Shown here: piece by piece, positions 61,096-64,000 of the stretch
Numbering within the stretch: position 1 is the stretch's first letter
How the letters are laid out: every line of letters starts with the position of its first letter
IMG/VR virus record: IMGVR_UViG_3300023227_000005
Direction: 5' to 3' (one strand)
Source of the DNA: an uncultured virus (IMG/VR IMGVR_UViG_3300023227_000005)
Taxonomy: Duplodnaviria; Heunggongvirae; Uroviricota; Caudoviricetes
DNA: 64,000 bases
Position numbers and translations under genes: made by a program
The notes under the pieces: generated by a model
What the model was told of the DNA's origin: nothing
The model's database searches: none
Seen by the model: only the letters and a program-made list of their open reading frames with translations

Positions 61096-64000
61096 CTATG
61101 CGTACTGAGTTTGGCAAGCTCCCCCTGAACATGCCGTTGTTTCCTCTATTTTGGTATTATCCTCTTCTTCTACCATTCCTGAATAATCGATGTCCTTGTA
61201 CTCTCTTTGAAGGTCACACCAGTATTTCCAATTATTTACGTCCTTTAGACAGTATGTCATCTTTTTGACATCACCATCGAAGTATCTTTCCGCAAACTGT
61301 TTAGACCTTCTAACCCAATCATGTTGACTCCAAAGCTTTTTATAGCCTTCTTCTGCTGCAAAAACAATGAATGGGGGCACATCTGCACCTTCTTCGATGC
61401 CATTTCTTAGCTCTTTAAGCTCTTTTTCTGCCTCTTCTAACTTACCATAGTCGACCTTCCTTACACCAAGGGCCGCTTCACAAGCACTCCAAAGGTTGCC
61501 CTCAAAGGCATGTAATCCATCGGTAATCATACCAGAAGCCATTACAGAAGCATCTCCGTACATAGTAACTAGCTCTCTGGGGGTATAGATCGCCGTAAAG
61601 GGGGCCTGTTGGTAGTCCTTGTCGCCACTAATGGACAACAGGCTGATACCAGCAAAGTACTCTCTATTGGCGTAAATATACTCAGTTACGTCTTCCCACT
61701 CATCGTCTTTAACAGTAATGGTGTTAGAAACATTGTGGGATAACCAAGGCCTAGTACATCTTTCTTCTACTTTACCTGCCTCTACCCAGTGCTGTTGTGT
61801 CGATTTGACATAATCTAGCAACTGAATAGCACCAATGTCATTCTTTGTCTTTGCTCCCTTAGGAACTTCTACACAAAATGCGATCACATTGTCTGTTCCG
61901 TTGGCTGACCAAACGGACTTTTCCACGGCCAAGGGGTTCGTTTTGGTAAAGAAGGCCAGTGGAGCCTCCAGGTAGTTGCTCTGAGTGCGTCGGATGTATC
62001 TTTTGGCATGGTGGGGGTGAATGCCGCTAGAAGTCCCTAGGACGCAACTGGTGGTCCCTGCGGGCTTCACGCAAGTTGCCCTTGCGGTTGGGTTAATCCC
62101 AATAGCTTTGGCAATACGCTTGTTTTCTTCTAGGATTACTCTTGCCCCTTCCTTTTGTACCTCTGGATCAAACAATACGTCTGGATTATCCATCATGCCA
62201 GTAACAGAAATACCAAGTAGGGCTTCTTTTTCTAGGATTCGCTTACTAACGTCTCCAAGGTAGCCCATGTCAGTATAGCCAGCCTGGGCAGTCCCAATGA
62301 TGGCCCCAGCTTTGCAAGCACTATAGAACCTTTCTGGGGTGTTGCAATGCTTGCCGTTAATCTCACAAAGGTTACACTGCTTAGTTAATACGTTGTTGAA
62401 TGTGCATTGGTTCTTTTCTTCTTCGTATACGCAATAGGTGGTGTGCAAGCCTTGTAGCTTTGTCACAGATTGAATAATTTGCCTTCTACCTTTACTTTTC
62501 GACCTAAGTTTGACTGCATTTGGTATTTGAAGATACCAAACTGAACGTCTCCTTTCTCCAATATTTGTAATTGAACCAGCTTCGGACATTAGGTTTACAC
62601 TAGAATTAACCCCAACCTTGGTCAAAAGAAGTTGACAATCTCTAATTTTACTCTCTTCGCCGTATAGTCTACATCCATCATTGGCTTTTGATCCATCTGC
62701 GTCAATCCACCCACTAACAAACTCCAATATGCAATGTTCATCCCAGGTAAATACATCTCTAGGTAGCCCTTGAGAGTATTTGAGGTCACAACTAAATTTG
62801 TTATCTAGATCTGTAAAGGTTATATGAGCGTGTTCTAAAGCGTATTTTTCATTCGGGGGCTTAGTTTCACTCTGTTTTCCTCGTAGGTTTAGCTTAAAGT
62901 CGTCTCCAAATAGGGTTGCAAAAGGAGAATGATTAGGTCTAGCCGTCCCATCTCCTAAGACAAAACCATACTCATAGGCATACTCTTCCCACCTACCTCC
63001 AGGGTTTACACAATTAACCCTGGGCGTCGATATTTTATACTTTTCACCCGTCAGCAGGTCTTTAGTCTTAACAACCCTATATTCTTGTTCAAACCTGTTT
63101 TTAACTAGCCATTCGTGATTATCGGTACAGTCTAGATAAGACCCATCAGAAAGTTCTACTCTGTATAGTTCTCTATTTTCACCTGTCACAAATGGGTTTA
63201 CGGTTTTCCAGGAGTCACCATTCCAAATTTTACAATCTTTACCTACGAGATTTTTGATGTTATCAATGCCGTCCTTGGTAATTAGTTTTGTATCTCCAGA
63301 AACACAAGCCTGCCATCCGCTTTCTCCGGTCTCTACGCATACTGGGTAGAAGCCAATCTCTACACAGGGATTTACCATTAAGTCTCTATGGTCTACCCAA
63401 ACAAACCCAGGCTCTCCATACTGTTTAACGAATCCCATTAGAGTCTGGAATTCTTCAAATGTCGTTTCGCCTCTAACTAGCACAGCCGAATTGTTTGAAC
63501 GTCCACGCTGTGGGTTGTCAATGAACCAGTTCCCAGTCTTGGCTTTCGCCATTTCTTCGTCATCTGGGCTGAATAAACAAATAGTAGCACTACGTCTGAT
63601 ACCACCAGAGATAACAGCATCGCTAGCGTGCATGATGATATCATAACAGTTGATTGACTTAAATCGAGTCTGTCCTGCGGCAAGGGCATCGGCAAAAATT
63701 AGTTTGATCTTATTGAGGGCTTTTTGTAAAGGTTCGGGGCCTGGAGCCTTCCCCCTGCCGCTACCAACCTTAGCACCTTCTGGTCTAATTTCTGAGAGAT
63801 CAAATTCAACATTGTATCCCTCATACTCTGGGAAGTCTCCTCCCCCATAGACACTACTAATGAAAACCCCTAGTGTATCTGCCCAGCCCTCTATGGAGTC
63901 TTCTGCCGTAAAGACTTTAGTGTGTCGACCATCGTTGTCGTTCCATTTCTTTGAGAAGCTAGGTAGTCTATCAATATGATGGTCTTGTACTGAGAACCCA
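61096..64000 (-). CDS. nrdJ: Class II (B12-dependent, RTPR-type) ribonucleotide reductase with intein, 5' truncated
   Basis: Frame open to window edge (GFSVQ, DSIEGWAD, APGPEPL); GGIRRSA, NPCVEI, CNL, TCVKPAGT, C-terminal ACSGGAC. Confidence 0.93.
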   Translation of the reverse strand, partial: GFSVQDHHIDRLPSFSKKWNDNDGRHTKVFTAEDSIEGWADTLGVFISSVYGGGDFPEYEGYNVEFDLSEIRPEGAKVGSGRGKAPGPEPLQKALNKIKLIFADALAAGQTRFKSINCYDIIMHASDAVISGGIRRSATICLFSPDDEEMAKAKTGNWFIDNPQRGRSNNSAVLVRGETTFEEFQTLMGFVKQYGEPGFVWVDHRDLMVNPCVEIGFYPVCVETGESGWQACVSGDTKLITKDGIDNIKNLVGKDCKIWNGDSWKTVNPFVTGENRELYRVELSDGSYLDCTDNHEWLVKNRFEQEYRVVKTKDLLTGEKYKISTPRVNCVNPGGRWEEYAYEYGFVLGDGTARPNHSPFATLFGDDFKLNLRGKQSETKPPNEKYALEHAHITFTDLDNKFSCDLKYSQGLPRDVFTWDEHCILEFVSGWIDADGSKANDGCRLYGEESKIRDCQLLLTKVGVNSSVNLMSEAGSITNIGERRRSVWYLQIPNAVKLRSKSKGRRQIIQSVTKLQGLHTTYCVYEEEKNQCTFNNVLTKQCNLCEINGKHCNTPERFYSACKAGAIIGTAQAGYTDMGYLGDVSKRILEKEALLGISVTGMMDNPDVLFDPEVQKEGARVILEENKRIAKAIGINPTARATCVKPAGTTSCVLGTSSGIHPHHAKRYIRRTQSNYLEAPLAFFTKTNPLAVEKSVWSANGTDNVIAFCVEVPKGAKTKNDIGAIQLLDYVKSTQQHWVEAGKVEERCTRPWLSHNVSNTITVKDDEWEDVTEYIYANREYFAGISLLSISGDKDYQQAPFTAIYTPRELVTMYGDASVMASGMITDGLHAFEGNLWSACEAALGVRKVDYGKLEEAEKELKELRNGIEEGADVPPFIVFAAEEGYKKLWSQHDWVRRSKQFAERYFDGDVKKMTYCLKDVNNWKYWCDLQREYKDIDYSGMVEEEDNTKIEETTACSGGACQTQYA
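62377..63306 (-). mobile_element. Intein (310 aa) with LAGLIDADG domain and C-terminal Gln
   Basis: QA/CVSGDT, DCTDNHEW, YGFVLGDG, FVSGWIDADG, FNNVLTKQ/CNL. Confidence 0.92.

Noticed and set aside
1..64000. tRNA, rRNA, CRISPR arrays, DGR or retron components
   Set aside because: None recognised by eye: no reverse transcriptase ORF and very little non-coding space; tRNAscan/Infernal would be needed to exclude formally

Overview
A 64-kb internal segment of a large tailed dsDNA phage genome, read with the standard genetic code. Two convergent arms meet at a bidirectional terminator (~25370-25406). The + arm (1-25249) encodes virion proteins: the C-terminus of a tape-measure-like protein, a 3649-aa protein with seven dispersed FG-GAP repeats, and several large acidic structural proteins. 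The - arm (25421-64000) encodes replication, recombination and nucleotide metabolism: class II RNR, dUTPase, PhoH, RecA, DnaB, primase, MazG, dNMP kinase, PD-(D/E)XK nuclease, DnaE, DEDDh exonuclease, ThyA and a Rad52-like annealase. It also carries an ~8.5-kb glycosyltransferase cluster and a small membrane/lysis-like module. The region is heavily invaded by selfish elements. DnaE is broken into four genes, with one split intein, one mini-intein and two breaks without a splicing element. ThyA carries an in-frame ~270-aa HNH endonuclease with no visible intein or intron motifs. A glycosyltransferase and the RNR carry LAGLIDADG inteins, and the RNR intein ends in Gln. There are four full-length free-standing homing endonuclease genes, and several intergenic gaps turn out to be 3' stumps of deleted endonuclease genes. 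Two recurring promoter-like motifs are visible: GTGTATAAT and TTGTC(N)-17-TATWAT. All family assignments come from motif recognition by eye, with no database searches.
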